Below are positions 37,613 to 48,104 of a stretch of 64,000 nucleotides of DNA, in pieces; positions within the stretch are counted from its first letter, which is position 1; each line of letters begins with the position of its first letter. Both the position numbers and the translations under genes were made by a program. The stretch is from an uncultured virus (IMG/VR IMGVR_UViG_3300028490_000394). Its lineage: Duplodnaviria > Heunggongvirae > Uroviricota > Caudoviricetes. Location of the stretch: the IMG/VR virus record IMGVR_UViG_3300028490_000394; one strand, 5' to 3'. A model generated the notes under the pieces. It made no database searches. It was given only the letters and a program-made list of their open reading frames with translations, and was not told the origin of the DNA.

Positions 37613-38411
37613 TCTTAATCCTGTTTATAACCATACAGGGTTACTGACAGCCTTTATTATTTGCATATTCTTAGTTTATCTTATCTATGACACTTTTTTA
37701 CTTTATATCAATACTAAAAAAAAGGCTATTATTGTAAAAAAGTCTATTCCTTTTCAAGAAACTTTTGATCGTGAAGCTACTTTTTTTTCATTACAAATTT
37801 CTTCTTTAATAGAAACTATCGATACTGAACTTACTCTTTTATCTCGTATTTTTAAAAAATTTAATAGAGACGATTATCTTGATACTAAAAAAGTTTTTAA
37901 TAATATCTCTCGTGGACTTTTACCTTCTATTGGTATTATTCCCTCTACTAACTATATTCACCCTTTCTCTGATATATTTTATTCTCTTAATTTTCTTTAT
38001 AAAAGTCCCTCAGAAGTTACTTTGGATAATGATATCCCTTTCGAATTCTTGACTGATATACAAATACTTAGAAATGTATTACCTCGTACTCACCCTGTTA
38101 ATATACAACGTGTTGCACAGGCTGATCTTATTGACTTCTATCAACTTTTTAAGGATTCTATTGAGGACCTGGTACCTTTACTCGAATTCTCTATTGAAAC
38201 TTTAAAACTTGAGTTTGAAAATGAATATAATCGGTTTGAATTATGTGAAAATGAAGACCTTTCTTTTCAGTATAAAATGCTTATCCAAGATCTTGAAAAT
38301 GTTGTTTTCTTGTATAAAAAATTTGAAATTACTAGTATTGATTTTATTGCTGAAGATATTCTTTTTCTTGCCTCTTCTTTATATTTCTTATCTCGCTCAC
38401 TCTCCGACTAA
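37602..38411 (+). CDS. Membrane-anchored paralog family member 2
   Basis: Same architecture. Confidence 0.75.
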   Translation: MESNLNPVYNHTGLLTAFIICIFLVYLIYDTFLLYINTKKKAIIVKKSIPFQETFDREATFFSLQISSLIETIDTELTLLSRIFKKFNRDDYLDTKKVFNNISRGLLPSIGIIPSTNYIHPFSDIFYSLNFLYKSPSEVTLDNDIPFEFLTDIQILRNVLPRTHPVNIQRVAQADLIDFYQLFKDSIEDLVPLLEFSIETLKLEFENEYNRFELCENEDLSFQYKMLIQDLENVVFLYKKFEITSIDFIAEDILFLASSLYFLSRSLSD

Positions 38412-38469
38412 GTCTATCTAAAGTCTTTTTAGTGTATACTTGTTTTAACTAATCACTTAAGGACTACTT

Positions 38470-39240
38470 ATGTTTGAAATCTTACCATGTGTTGCTATCT
38501 TAACCATTCTTATCTCTATAGCTATTGCTATGAATTATTATAAAAAACAAAAATCTAGAAATACTCTTGAGAATTTTGATAAAGAAAATAGAGAGATCTT
38601 AAATAACTCTTCTACTAAACTTTGTGTATTCTTTAGAGATATTCAAGGTACTTCTGATATACAGGTTGGTCTCTTGCGTGATTTTGTTGCTTCTTACTCC
38701 ACTAGCCCTAAATTTGACGCTTCAGAATTATTCTCAGAACTTGCTCGTGAGACTATTGAACTCCTTGATATGAGAGGTAACCGTATTGTTAATACTCGTC
38801 TTCTTGAGGAACCTCTTGACGCTTTCAATATATTCTATTATACAGGTAAATTTAACTCTGAATTACGTGAAAAGTTTAAAACTCTTAAGGATTCTTTTTC
38901 TTACTCTGATAATGAAGTCTTTTATAAATATCAAGCTGACTTTAATATTTTCTTGGGCCGTTATATTTCTGATATTGAATCTGAATTAAAAACTTTAACT
39001 GCACAAGTTTCTGACTCTAATGTTAATGGATATATGCATACTAGAGATCCTGAACTTTATAGAACTTATTGTTTTCTAATTGATAATCTTCGTAATTTAA
39101 TCACATTGAATTCTACTCATTTTGTTTTTAGAAAAGAAAGTTTACTTGCTGATATTTTATATTATGCATGTGCTGTTAACTTCATTATGGAATCTCTTTA
39201 TAATTACAATATTAATGTATGTAAAAAAACTCATGCTTAA
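38470..39240 (+). CDS. Membrane-anchored paralog family member 3
   Basis: Same architecture. Confidence 0.75.
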   Translation: MFEILPCVAILTILISIAIAMNYYKKQKSRNTLENFDKENREILNNSSTKLCVFFRDIQGTSDIQVGLLRDFVASYSTSPKFDASELFSELARETIELLDMRGNRIVNTRLLEEPLDAFNIFYYTGKFNSELREKFKTLKDSFSYSDNEVFYKYQADFNIFLGRYISDIESELKTLTAQVSDSNVNGYMHTRDPELYRTYCFLIDNLRNLITLNSTHFVFRKESLLADILYYACAVNFIMESLYNYNINVCKKTHA

Positions 39241-39436
39241 CCAATTCACTACACTCGTAGAATCTAATTCTGAGCCTCTTGGTACTCTTGCTATAGTTAT
39301 TACCGTTTCTCTTATTGCTGTTGGTTTATACCTGCAATACGCCTTAATAAAAGGCTTTAAAGAATAGTTACTACTAAGCCTTCTTGAAGTTATTCTCTGT
39401 TATAATAATATTAATTAACTAACTAAGGAATTTAAC

Positions 39437-40162
39437 ATGACTCACGAGTTTGGAACTATTTTTATTATTATCGCTTTTATTGCTATCTTTGGAGCTTTCT
39501 TTTTTATTGTACGTATGTACTTAGATATGAAAGATAAAATGCTGGTGCAACATAACCTTACTTTCTTTAAAAATTCTTGTGCTAGCATTAAGCCCTCTTT
39601 AGTTATTCTTGAAGATAAAATTGCTGTTGCTCTTTTAAAATTTGATACTATTGTTGATAGCTATTCTAATTATAAACCTAAACATATAGACTCTATTCGT
39701 AAAGAAGTCCTTTATTCTGCAGGTGTTGTACCTAACTCCTACTTACAGTTCTCTACACTTGATATTGCTCTTGTTAGTCTTGAGTCTGCTGATCTGTCTT
39801 TTTTTGAATCTGACGTCTTTGAACCCTCTTCTGAACTCAGTACTATTCTTCAAGATCTTCATTCAGAACTTCATGAAAACTTAGAACTTAAAATTGAACG
39901 ACTCAATTCTGTTTTCATTGAACTATCTGGAGAGAAAAGTTTAGCTAACTCTGAATATCAGAACGTGGAACTTTATCGATCTTATGTGGCATTGCTTAGT
40001 AATATTGATAGCCTCAAAACATTCCAATCTACTGAGTTCTGTTTTGAAAAAGACTCTATCTTGACTGATATTATATATTACTCTTCAGTTTTACTTTTTT
40101 TGAGAGACTCTCTTGCTATTCAAAATTCATTTATTGAATCATTTACTTTTGACATACTGTAA
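39437..40162 (+). CDS. Membrane-anchored paralog family member 4
   Basis: Same architecture. Confidence 0.75.
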   Translation: MTHEFGTIFIIIAFIAIFGAFFFIVRMYLDMKDKMLVQHNLTFFKNSCASIKPSLVILEDKIAVALLKFDTIVDSYSNYKPKHIDSIRKEVLYSAGVVPNSYLQFSTLDIALVSLESADLSFFESDVFEPSSELSTILQDLHSELHENLELKIERLNSVFIELSGEKSLANSEYQNVELYRSYVALLSNIDSLKTFQSTEFCFEKDSILTDIIYYSSVLLFLRDSLAIQNSFIESFTFDIL

Positions 40163-40370
40163 AAACATACAATAACACTATATATTTTTTTAAAGGTCTC
40201 GTGTTTTAGACCTTTTTTACTTAAAATTTGGGATCTGTTTTTTTTCTAAAAAGATAACCCTATTTATCTGGATCCTATATATTATATATACTATGTCTAG
40301 ATTTGAACCCTCTTCCTATTGCCTTTTTTTGCTTTTTATCGTATAATAAATAAAAAAATAAGGAACTATT

Positions 40371-41147
40371 ATGAACGAAAACTTTCCAATTCTAATACTT
40401 ATTGTTTTGCTTTATCTATTATTTACTTTTTATCTAGAAAACAAAAAATTAAAAGTTGAAAATAAAACATTACGAGAGAATAAATATTTGAACTCTTTAG
40501 CTTATCAAGCTCTTCATGTTGTCAATCACTCTATCCCTTCTTTATCAAATAAGTTCTCTGCAATTAATACTCACCTAACGACTCTTCTACAAACTTCTCT
40601 TTCTACTAAGTCTATTACTGAAATATCTGACATGGTTTTAAATAAGGTTTCCTTTATTGAAGATAAGTATAAGGCGCGCTTAAAAGAAAATCCTGGTTTC
40701 CTTGGCTCTGAATCTGAGTTAAATAGTTTCTTTGCTTCTAGCTCTGAGTACTTGTATTTCTTTGATAGTGAAGCAGTTACTTCTGATAAACACCTTTTAA
40801 ACATATCTGCTGGTGCTCTTGAAGTTCTTGCTGCTGAGTTCCATTCTTTCGAAAAGAAATTCCGGGAGGATCTTGAAACTCAAATTGGTGAATTAAGAGA
40901 CTCTGGTAGTGTTATCAATAAGGAACTTTCTTTATTTGTCATGAATAAAGATATTTCTAAAGAAAGTGTTTCTATGTTCTCTAGATATTCTAAAGCTGTC
41001 CTTTTAATTCGATCTATTGAATCGTTCCAAGAAGAAATTGAATTGCGTTCTAGTGATAGTCTCTTTCTAGATATCATTAATTTCTCTATTTCTACTCGTA
41101 TTATTTATAGAAATTTAGAACGTTACAATGAATCTTTAAATGATTAG
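40371..41147 (+). CDS. Membrane-anchored paralog family member 5
   Basis: Same architecture. Confidence 0.75.
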   Translation: MNENFPILILIVLLYLLFTFYLENKKLKVENKTLRENKYLNSLAYQALHVVNHSIPSLSNKFSAINTHLTTLLQTSLSTKSITEISDMVLNKVSFIEDKYKARLKENPGFLGSESELNSFFASSSEYLYFFDSEAVTSDKHLLNISAGALEVLAAEFHSFEKKFREDLETQIGELRDSGSVINKELSLFVMNKDISKESVSMFSRYSKAVLLIRSIESFQEEIELRSSDSLFLDIINFSISTRIIYRNLERYNESLND

Positions 41148-41219
41148 TCTTTTGGGGCACTCTTAATAAACTCATTTTAAGGTGTCTTTTGCTATAATAA
41201 ATAAAAAAAGGTATCCATT

Positions 41220-42014
41220 ATGTCCCCTGAATCTACAAATATTATTCTCTTTGTTCTTACCGCTATTATTTCTACAATAGGTATTTTTGCTTATTATGAT
41301 AATAAGACTGAAACTGCTTTAGCTGTTCGAAAAGAAAAAGAAAGACAGATATGTGTTTTTTGTTCTCCTTTCAGAGAAGTATTCTCTATTGAGTCTTATC
41401 ATATCAATCATTACCTTTCTATATTTTCAAACTTTTTCTATAAAATGAATTTAAATACATATAATTTTATTCGAAATAAACTTGGTGAAAATTCTTCTTC
41501 CTCTTTTATTGCTGCTTATACTGGTATTATCCGCGATCACAACTTGCTTCTGGAATCAGAATATTTTGATATTAAACGTGTTTTTGAATCAGTGTCTTAT
41601 CTTTATACAGACGTAGCTTCTTTTTCTCATGAGACACAATTAGCTATTAATCAAATGAAAGAAGATTTTGAAAAACTTTCTACAGAAGATAAAGTTTCTT
41701 TTTATTTAGATTTTAAATCTAGAAAAGTTGCGTTTATGGACAATATTGTTAAAGAGGTTGAAGCTTTAAACTACTCTTATTCAATTATTGAAGCAAAACT
41801 TTTGACTGACTCTGAATTAATACTTGTAGAATATGATCTTGAACTTTCTTTGCGATACATAAAAACCATGTTGTTGCTTCGAAATATTAAAATATTTAAT
41901 GATCATGATTTCATTAATAATAGTGAACATGTAATTGAAGACATTTTAGCCTTTTCAGTTTCTACTCATTATATTCTTAAAGGTATCGAAAGCTACTATA
42001 TGAGGAGTCTATAA
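41220..42014 (+). CDS. Membrane-anchored paralog family member 6
   Basis: Same architecture. Confidence 0.75.
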   Translation: MSPESTNIILFVLTAIISTIGIFAYYDNKTETALAVRKEKERQICVFCSPFREVFSIESYHINHYLSIFSNFFYKMNLNTYNFIRNKLGENSSSSFIAAYTGIIRDHNLLLESEYFDIKRVFESVSYLYTDVASFSHETQLAINQMKEDFEKLSTEDKVSFYLDFKSRKVAFMDNIVKEVEALNYSYSIIEAKLLTDSELILVEYDLELSLRYIKTMLLLRNIKIFNDHDFINNSEHVIEDILAFSVSTHYILKGIESYYMRSL

Positions 42015-42319
42015 TGTTTAGTTTAGAATCTGCAGCAAACATTTATATCTATATGGAATATATTATTCCTTTATTCTTAGTCCTTTTACTTATCGCTTAT
42101 ATGTATTATGATTCTTTTGTTGATAAAAGAGCTTACGTTAAAGAAGCTAAAGCTCATATGAATAGTTGCGCCTCTTGTAGAAAAAAAGGCTTTCACCAGT
42201 ATCATGCTACTAGTGCTTTTGACGGACATTCTTATTATCAGACTCGTTGCCAAGCAGGTGGATCTATTATTTCTCTCAAATGGTATGGAAACGGTAAACA
42301 GTATATATCTAAAAAATAG
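42014..42319 (+). CDS. Membrane-anchored protein with CxxC
   Basis: TM then CASC...C. Confidence 0.6.
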   Translation: MFSLESAANIYIYMEYIIPLFLVLLLIAYMYYDSFVDKRAYVKEAKAHMNSCASCRKKGFHQYHATSAFDGHSYYQTRCQAGGSIISLKWYGNGKQYISKK

Positions 42320-42432
42320 ATTTAATTACTTTCTATGGTATAATGTAATAAAAAGGATATCCCATGAAAATTAATCATGTTAATCATTTAAAAAGTATAG
42401 TAGACACTTCGACTACTCAAAAGGTGTAATCC

Positions 42433-42687
42433 ATGGACTTCTTAGTTATTTGTGTTCTCATTCTATTTATTGCTGTTTTGTCTAGACTCTTCTTTAAGAC
42501 TTTTCTATTCGCTTCTATTATTGGTATTGTCGGGTACATTGCTGTCCCTCAAGATATGAAAAATACTTTAGATAGTTATGTTTCTATTAAAAAGGTTGAA
42601 GGTCTTCTTTCTTCTGGTTTAAGTAGTCTCATGGGTGTATCTAAATCTGCTGCAGTTAAAATTAAAACTGAAACAGATAAACTATAA
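42433..42687 (+). CDS. Small membrane protein
   Basis: Two hydrophobic segments. Confidence 0.65.
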   Translation: MDFLVICVLILFIAVLSRLFFKTFLFASIIGIVGYIAVPQDMKNTLDSYVSIKKVEGLLSSGLSSLMGVSKSAAVKIKTETDKL

Positions 42688-42862
42688 GGAGGTCACATGT
42701 TTAAACAAAATATTCCATTTATCATTGCAATGCTAGTTATAGTTTTTATTATAAGTGTTGTTGGTTTTTTTAGTACTTTGATTCTAGTTGTTATCTTTGG
42801 ACTTTATTCTAAGTTCATTGATTCTTCTCTTTTGAAAAAAATTAGATTTAAGTCTTAATATT

Positions 42863-43057
42863 ATGTTAGTTAATGGACAACCTCTCGAAGACGTTGTAAC
42901 CCCACCTTATGATTTATTCTTTTTATTACTGGGTCTCATGATTAGTTTTATCTTATCTTTTTTTCTTTGGAAATACCAAAATAATAAACGTTTAGAGGCT
43001 GAACGTGAAGAAAAAGTTAAAAAATATTATGAAGATCTCGAAATTATTGACTCTTGA
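42863..43057 (+). CDS. Small membrane protein
   Basis: Single TM plus charged tail. Confidence 0.6.
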   Translation: MLVNGQPLEDVVTPPYDLFFLLLGLMISFILSFFLWKYQNNKRLEAEREEKVKKYYEDLEIIDS

Positions 43058-43263
43058 CAAAATTATTTTTGTCTAACTTTTTGACAAATTATTTTTTGTT
43101 AAACTACTCTAAAGCTTCTTTTTGCTATACTCTAGCAACTTGAGGCTTCTAACTCCCTATTTAATCTTCTTTAAATACACTTATTACCCTCTTTATTGCT
43201 CTTTATGTGTTCTGATTCCTCTTTTCACTTATTGACGCTTATTTCAATACCTAAAGGATCCTT

Positions 43264-44556
43264 ATGGAACACGTCTTTCTTGAAATTGCCTTTCTTACTA
43301 TGATTGGTATCTTTCTCATTTCTTCTCTTATTCAAAAGTATACTCGTATACCTCTGCCGCACTCTATGATTGTCTTGGCATTTGTTATGCATAACAATTT
43401 CCCTGAACTACTTCAACTTGACGCTAAAGAGAACTTCGATCACATTATGTTCTTCTTGATCCCTTTGATTCTTATGTATGACGCTATGCATTTAAAATGG
43501 ATCGACGTTAAAGCATATAAATGGTCCATTGCTTATCTTGCTATCTTTTCTGTGTCCCTCTCTATTTTAGTTGGTAGTTCACTCTACTTCTTTAATATCT
43601 TTGGGACCACTATGACACTTGCTGCATATGTAGTTCTCTTTTCTATGAATATGGCCACTGACGCTATTAGTGTTGGTAATATCTTTTCTCAATTTAAAGG
43701 TATCCCTCATAACATTAAAGTGCTCGTTGAAGGTGAATCTCTCGGGAATGACGCTACTGCCATGATTGCCTTTTACTTTATTGGGTTACCGTGGTTACTT
43801 GCTGGTTCATTTGACCTGACTTCTATTCCATGGATTGCTATTAAGGTTTTCGCTATCTCAACTGTTATTGGTTTAGCTGTGGCTTATGCAGGTTACTTCT
43901 TTTTGAAAATATTTGATTTCATTAAGGAGGAGATTGTTATTATCCTTGCTGTTGCGTACGGTTCTTTTGTCGGGGCTGAACTTATTCATGTCTCTGGTAT
44001 ATTTTCTTTGATTGTTGCTATGATTGCTATTACTGCTCTCATTGATAAAAGCTTAACTATCCCTCTTGATCAAAAGATTAAGGCTAATGATCATAAAGCT
44101 CTTCGTAAGTTCCTTAAGAAAGAAGTCTCTAGTAAGGCTAATCAAGATACTATACACCATACCTTGGATATCTTTAGTTTCTTTGCTGTATTATTAGTCT
44201 TTACCAGTATGGCTGCCCTTATTAATTTTGATAACCTCTTTTCTTACTGGAAAGAGATCTTGATTATGTTTGCAGTTACCACTTTAATCCGTGCTACTGT
44301 TATGGCTAAATTTGTTCTCGTAGGTAAAAAGACAAAGGCTATTGACTATGTCGGGTTTAATGGTTGGGTTATTCTTACTCTAGCTGGTATAAAAGGATCC
44401 CTTTCTATTATTATGCTGCATGCTCTACCTAAGACCTTTGAATTCTATGAACTCTTTGAGTCTGTCACTATTGGTGTAATACTTCTATCTACTTTTGTTT
44501 ATGGATTTGTATTATTGGGATACATGGTTATTCAAGAAAAAAGGAGTGCTGAATGA
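43264..44556 (+). CDS. Na+/H+ antiporter, CPA1/NhaP family
   Basis: ATDAISV, EGESLGNDA, GIKG; many TM helices. Confidence 0.92.
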   Translation: MEHVFLEIAFLTMIGIFLISSLIQKYTRIPLPHSMIVLAFVMHNNFPELLQLDAKENFDHIMFFLIPLILMYDAMHLKWIDVKAYKWSIAYLAIFSVSLSILVGSSLYFFNIFGTTMTLAAYVVLFSMNMATDAISVGNIFSQFKGIPHNIKVLVEGESLGNDATAMIAFYFIGLPWLLAGSFDLTSIPWIAIKVFAISTVIGLAVAYAGYFFLKIFDFIKEEIVIILAVAYGSFVGAELIHVSGIFSLIVAMIAITALIDKSLTIPLDQKIKANDHKALRKFLKKEVSSKANQDTIHHTLDIFSFFAVLLVFTSMAALINFDNLFSYWKEILIMFAVTTLIRATVMAKFVLVGKKTKAIDYVGFNGWVILTLAGIKGSLSIIMLHALPKTFEFYELFESVTIGVILLSTFVYGFVLLGYMVIQEKRSAE

Positions 44557-44972
44557 AATATACTAATGAAGAAGTGAAAAGTGGGAAATTGTTTGGGAAG
44601 GAAGTTTTTATTACTGCTTTCTATGCAGAACCATTTCAAATACCTAAATTTGAACTTGAACCTATCGTCGCTATTGTACAATCTGTGGCCCCTGTCCCTT
44701 CTGGTTTTGCTAATTTAAGTTATTGTAACTATGAGTTTAAAGTTCTTCAAAACCAGACTGCTGTTCCTTTTTATGCAAATAGACGTGTAGTTCATGTATT
44801 CAGCGAACTATCTGAGGCTATAGAATATTATCATAATATCAGAACTACACATTTGGAAAACATGAAAACTCTTCTTCATGCTAATAAAGATAAATTTTCT
44901 TGTCATGAGGATTATATCTCTGATTTTGAAAGCTCTTTGAATAAGTTCCATTCTTTGTACTTTAAGAAATAA
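44553..44972 (+). CDS. Hypothetical protein, paralog of 45428 and 47643
   Basis: G..V(F/Y)..AFYA.PF..P...P shared. Confidence 0.72.
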   Translation: MKYTNEEVKSGKLFGKEVFITAFYAEPFQIPKFELEPIVAIVQSVAPVPSGFANLSYCNYEFKVLQNQTAVPFYANRRVVHVFSELSEAIEYYHNIRTTHLENMKTLLHANKDKFSCHEDYISDFESSLNKFHSLYFKK

Positions 44973-45027
44973 TCTCTTTGTAAGCTCTTTTTGGCTATAA
45001 TATATTATAAATAAAAAGGATTTACCT

Positions 45028-45423
45028 ATGAAATATAGACTTATTAAAACTTCAAACAATATTATTGTTATCACCGCAGACGGTGGTATTGCTGATATCC
45101 ATTTTGCTGAAGAACTTGACGCTGGTGACGGTCGTCAATCTACCACTGAATATTACCAAACTAGATTTACAGAAGAAGATCTTCATACTGACGAAAGTGT
45201 TTGGGAAGCTGTTGCTGAAGGAAAAGCTTATTACAACTTCTGGAAGACTCCTTTCGACGCTAAAAGTGAGCTTAATGGAATTGACCCTTTTGCTTGGGCA
45301 CTACCTGCTATTACACATACTCCTTATCACGAGCTTGAACACGTTCAAGACGCATTGGTTTGGTTATCTGACGATATTGAATTTGAGCTAGACGAATCTA
45401 TCTGGCCAAACTTTAAAGGTTAA
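45028..45423 (+). CDS. Hypothetical protein
   Basis: TATAAT promoter, AAGGA RBS. Confidence 0.75.
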   Translation: MKYRLIKTSNNIIVITADGGIADIHFAEELDAGDGRQSTTEYYQTRFTEEDLHTDESVWEAVAEGKAYYNFWKTPFDAKSELNGIDPFAWALPAITHTPYHELEHVQDALVWLSDDIEFELDESIWPNFKG

Positions 45424-45427
45424 TGAA

Positions 45428-45808
45428 ATGAAATACAATATTAAAGATATCTTATCTGGAATTGTTGAAGGTAGAACTGTTTATGTCTCTGCTTTTTATG
45501 CTAAACCCTTTCATGTGCCTACTCGTAATATTAGACCTGTTGCTGTAACTATTTTAAAAAATAACTTTATAGAAGGCTCTTGTGAAGGTCACTTTTTCCC
45601 ATTCTACTTTAAACCTGTTGAAGGCACCGTAGATATTCATATGTTCTCTTTCCCTGAAAGACTTGAACTTGGTGTATTTAGTAATATGAAAGACGCTACT
45701 TCTTTTTATACTAACTCTAAGTACTTGGTACAAAAAGCAATGGAAGATAGTATTAAACTTGATACAAATCTTCTTGAGGAATTTAAAGCAGGAGATTTTT
45801 GTGGATAA
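45428..45808 (+). CDS. Hypothetical protein (paralog family)
   Basis: As 44553. Confidence 0.72.
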   Translation: MKYNIKDILSGIVEGRTVYVSAFYAKPFHVPTRNIRPVAVTILKNNFIEGSCEGHFFPFYFKPVEGTVDIHMFSFPERLELGVFSNMKDATSFYTNSKYLVQKAMEDSIKLDTNLLEEFKAGDFCG

Positions 45809-46055
45809 TTTACATAAAAAAATCTCTCAAACAAAAGAACGACTCTATTTTATTGAAAACCTTTTTGTCTTTTTAATTCTATTTTGGTTTTTACTTATTG
45901 CTATGACTGTTCTAAGAGAACACCCTTTTGACTTTTATCTCTTAGCTGTTTTTATTTTTGGTGGTCTTATTAATGTCGCTTACCTTTTTATTACTCGTCG
46001 TACAAAGAAACATATTACAGGATTGCTAAAGGAACTTGTTTCTCATGCAAACTGA
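45759..46055 (+). CDS. Small membrane protein (true start probably GTG near 45801)
   Basis: Two TM; AGGAG before GTG. Confidence 0.6.
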   Translation: MIQIFLRNLKQEIFVDNLHKKISQTKERLYFIENLFVFLILFWFLLIAMTVLREHPFDFYLLAVFIFGGLINVAYLFITRRTKKHITGLLKELVSHAN

Positions 46056-46190
46056 CCCCTCTCCTAATCATATTGGTAAGTATGAGCTAGAGGCTGTTTT
46101 GACTTTTTCTCAAGTTAAAGATAAATTTCCTACTTCTTTTAAACGGAAATTTTTGTAACTTATTTAGCTATAATAAGAAAAAGGATCCCT

Positions 46191-46475
46191 ATGAATAATA
46201 TTGACGTACTACTATTACCAAAGAACTTAATGACTGACTTAAGGTCGTATCTCCCCTTCTCTCAAACACTACAAGCATACCTTCTTCAAGAAAGGTTCTC
46301 TGCAGTTAATGGTTTGATTGAAACGTTTAGATTTTACCCTTATCATAAATTTTTTATTACTGAAATATTGAAACAGACTTTTCCATATAGAGATTCTTTA
46401 CCTTCTTGGGATAAAGCATATGCTTCTGCTAGGGATATTCTAGAAATTAATGAAATTGTAGAATTTTCTAATTAA
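46191..46475 (+). CDS. Hypothetical protein
   Basis: TATAAT, AAGGA. Confidence 0.7.
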   Translation: MNNIDVLLLPKNLMTDLRSYLPFSQTLQAYLLQERFSAVNGLIETFRFYPYHKFFITEILKQTFPYRDSLPSWDKAYASARDILEINEIVEFSN

Positions 46476-46526
46476 GCTTAAGTTTAGTTCTCTACGGTAT
46501 AATATTATATAAAATAAAGGTTTATT

Positions 46527-46808
46527 ATGAATAACTTATCTCTATCTACTCTTGTAAAGCTTAATGCTTTTTCTTTCTTTATTGCTTTCTTACTTATCGT
46601 CTGGGGTCTATTTGGTCTTTATTCTAAAGTTGGAGCTGATTTTCTAAGTCTTTCTAATGAAAACATGTTGGCCTTTATTGTTGGCATTCTTTCTCTTGTT
46701 TTTGTTCCTCTTTTATTTCTTAAAGCTCATTCTACACTTAGAGAGCAAGCTGCTGACGAAGAAAAGAGTAAGGCTGATTATAAGGCTCGCATGTCTGCTA
46801 GACATTAG
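46527..46808 (+). CDS. Small membrane protein
   Basis: Two TM. Confidence 0.7.
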   Translation: MNNLSLSTLVKLNAFSFFIAFLLIVWGLFGLYSKVGADFLSLSNENMLAFIVGILSLVFVPLLFLKAHSTLREQAADEEKSKADYKARMSARH

Positions 46809-46884
46809 TTAGCACCTTTAGGTAGGTATTGCAAATTATTCTTTATAAGAATGTTATACTCTTTTTAAAAGGAGCTATACCCAC

Positions 46885-47631
46885 ATGTATATACCATTCT
46901 TATCTAACTTATTTAAATCTAAAATAGAACCTAAATTCTCTTTTCAAAAAACTCTTGATAATATCAATAAAAGAGCTATCCCTTATAAAAAACTTATTCG
47001 TTCTGAAACTAATAAAAATTCTCCAATCTTTCAAGAAATTTCTGAGTCCATTGAAGATACTTTAAATTCCCTTTCTGAGAAAATAACTTCTTCTTATGAC
47101 GGACTTAATATTAAGACTCACTACTCTGTTCTTTACTGTAATTCTTTGTCTCGTTTAGGTTTACACCCTGTTTCTCTGTACTCTGCACCCTCTTTTAGTA
47201 GTGTTGTTGCTACCCTTGAGCTTATTCATGACTCTGATACTTTACCTCAAAGCATTCAATCCATTTTAGAGCCCCTGGCTTCTTTAAAGATTGAGCGTAA
47301 CCCTAATACTTTTGCTGCTGAAGTCTTGGCCTTGAAAACTAGTATCCTTCCTCATTTACCACTTTTAAAAGAATCCTTAGAGGTTTTAACTGCACAGGTC
47401 CGAATAGAAAATAAAGAGTTTGACATGCAAGACATTCCTGCGTTATATCATAGATACAGATCTCTTATTACTAATCTTAATTCTATTGTCTATTTTTGTG
47501 AAAATGACTCATTTAGATTTGATAGTGATACTCTTTTTAAAGATATTATTATTTTTAGTGCTGCTATCAACTTTTTAAAGAAGTCTTTAGATAATTATCG
47601 CTATTATATACCTAAAGAATATCAAATTTAA
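46885..47631 (+). CDS. Paralog family member 7 (no TM anchor)
   Basis: LYHRYRSLITNL, DTLFKDIIIFSAAINFLKKSL match 38470/39437. Confidence 0.75.
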   Translation: MYIPFLSNLFKSKIEPKFSFQKTLDNINKRAIPYKKLIRSETNKNSPIFQEISESIEDTLNSLSEKITSSYDGLNIKTHYSVLYCNSLSRLGLHPVSLYSAPSFSSVVATLELIHDSDTLPQSIQSILEPLASLKIERNPNTFAAEVLALKTSILPHLPLLKESLEVLTAQVRIENKEFDMQDIPALYHRYRSLITNLNSIVYFCENDSFRFDSDTLFKDIIIFSAAINFLKKSLDNYRYYIPKEYQI

Positions 47632-47642
47632 AGGATTTCTAT

Positions 47643-48035
47643 ATGAAATACACAACCCTTAACCTCAACAATGCTAGAGTTACTCATGTTTTAGGAGATA
47701 CTGTATTCATTTGCGTATTTCAATGTAACCCATTCGAAGATCCAATCAGAGATATTAAACCTATGCAAGCTGTTATCTGCGAAGATTTTGACGCTCAAGT
47801 TGGTACATTCACTGCTTTTGAACCTATTTCCGTTGAGGTCCCTGTCAATGCTCTTTCGACTAATACTGTTCCATTATATGATATTGTAAAGGGTTCTTAC
47901 ACCTTTACTAAACCTATGGCTGCATTTAGTACTATTGAAGAAGCTGAGGCTTTTTACCAATCGGAAAAAGAAGTAGTTCTTTCTGAAATGAAAAATACTA
48001 TTTCTACATATGAAACTTTCATTGAAAACTTTTAA
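47643..48035 (+). CDS. Hypothetical protein (paralog family)
   Basis: As 44553. Confidence 0.72.
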   Translation: MKYTTLNLNNARVTHVLGDTVFICVFQCNPFEDPIRDIKPMQAVICEDFDAQVGTFTAFEPISVEVPVNALSTNTVPLYDIVKGSYTFTKPMAAFSTIEEAEAFYQSEKEVVLSEMKNTISTYETFIENF

Positions 48036-48104
48036 CTACTGAATCTCCTATAACAGCATAAGACATTTCACTCTTGATTTGTTATTTTTTAGAAAGGTTC
48101 CAAT

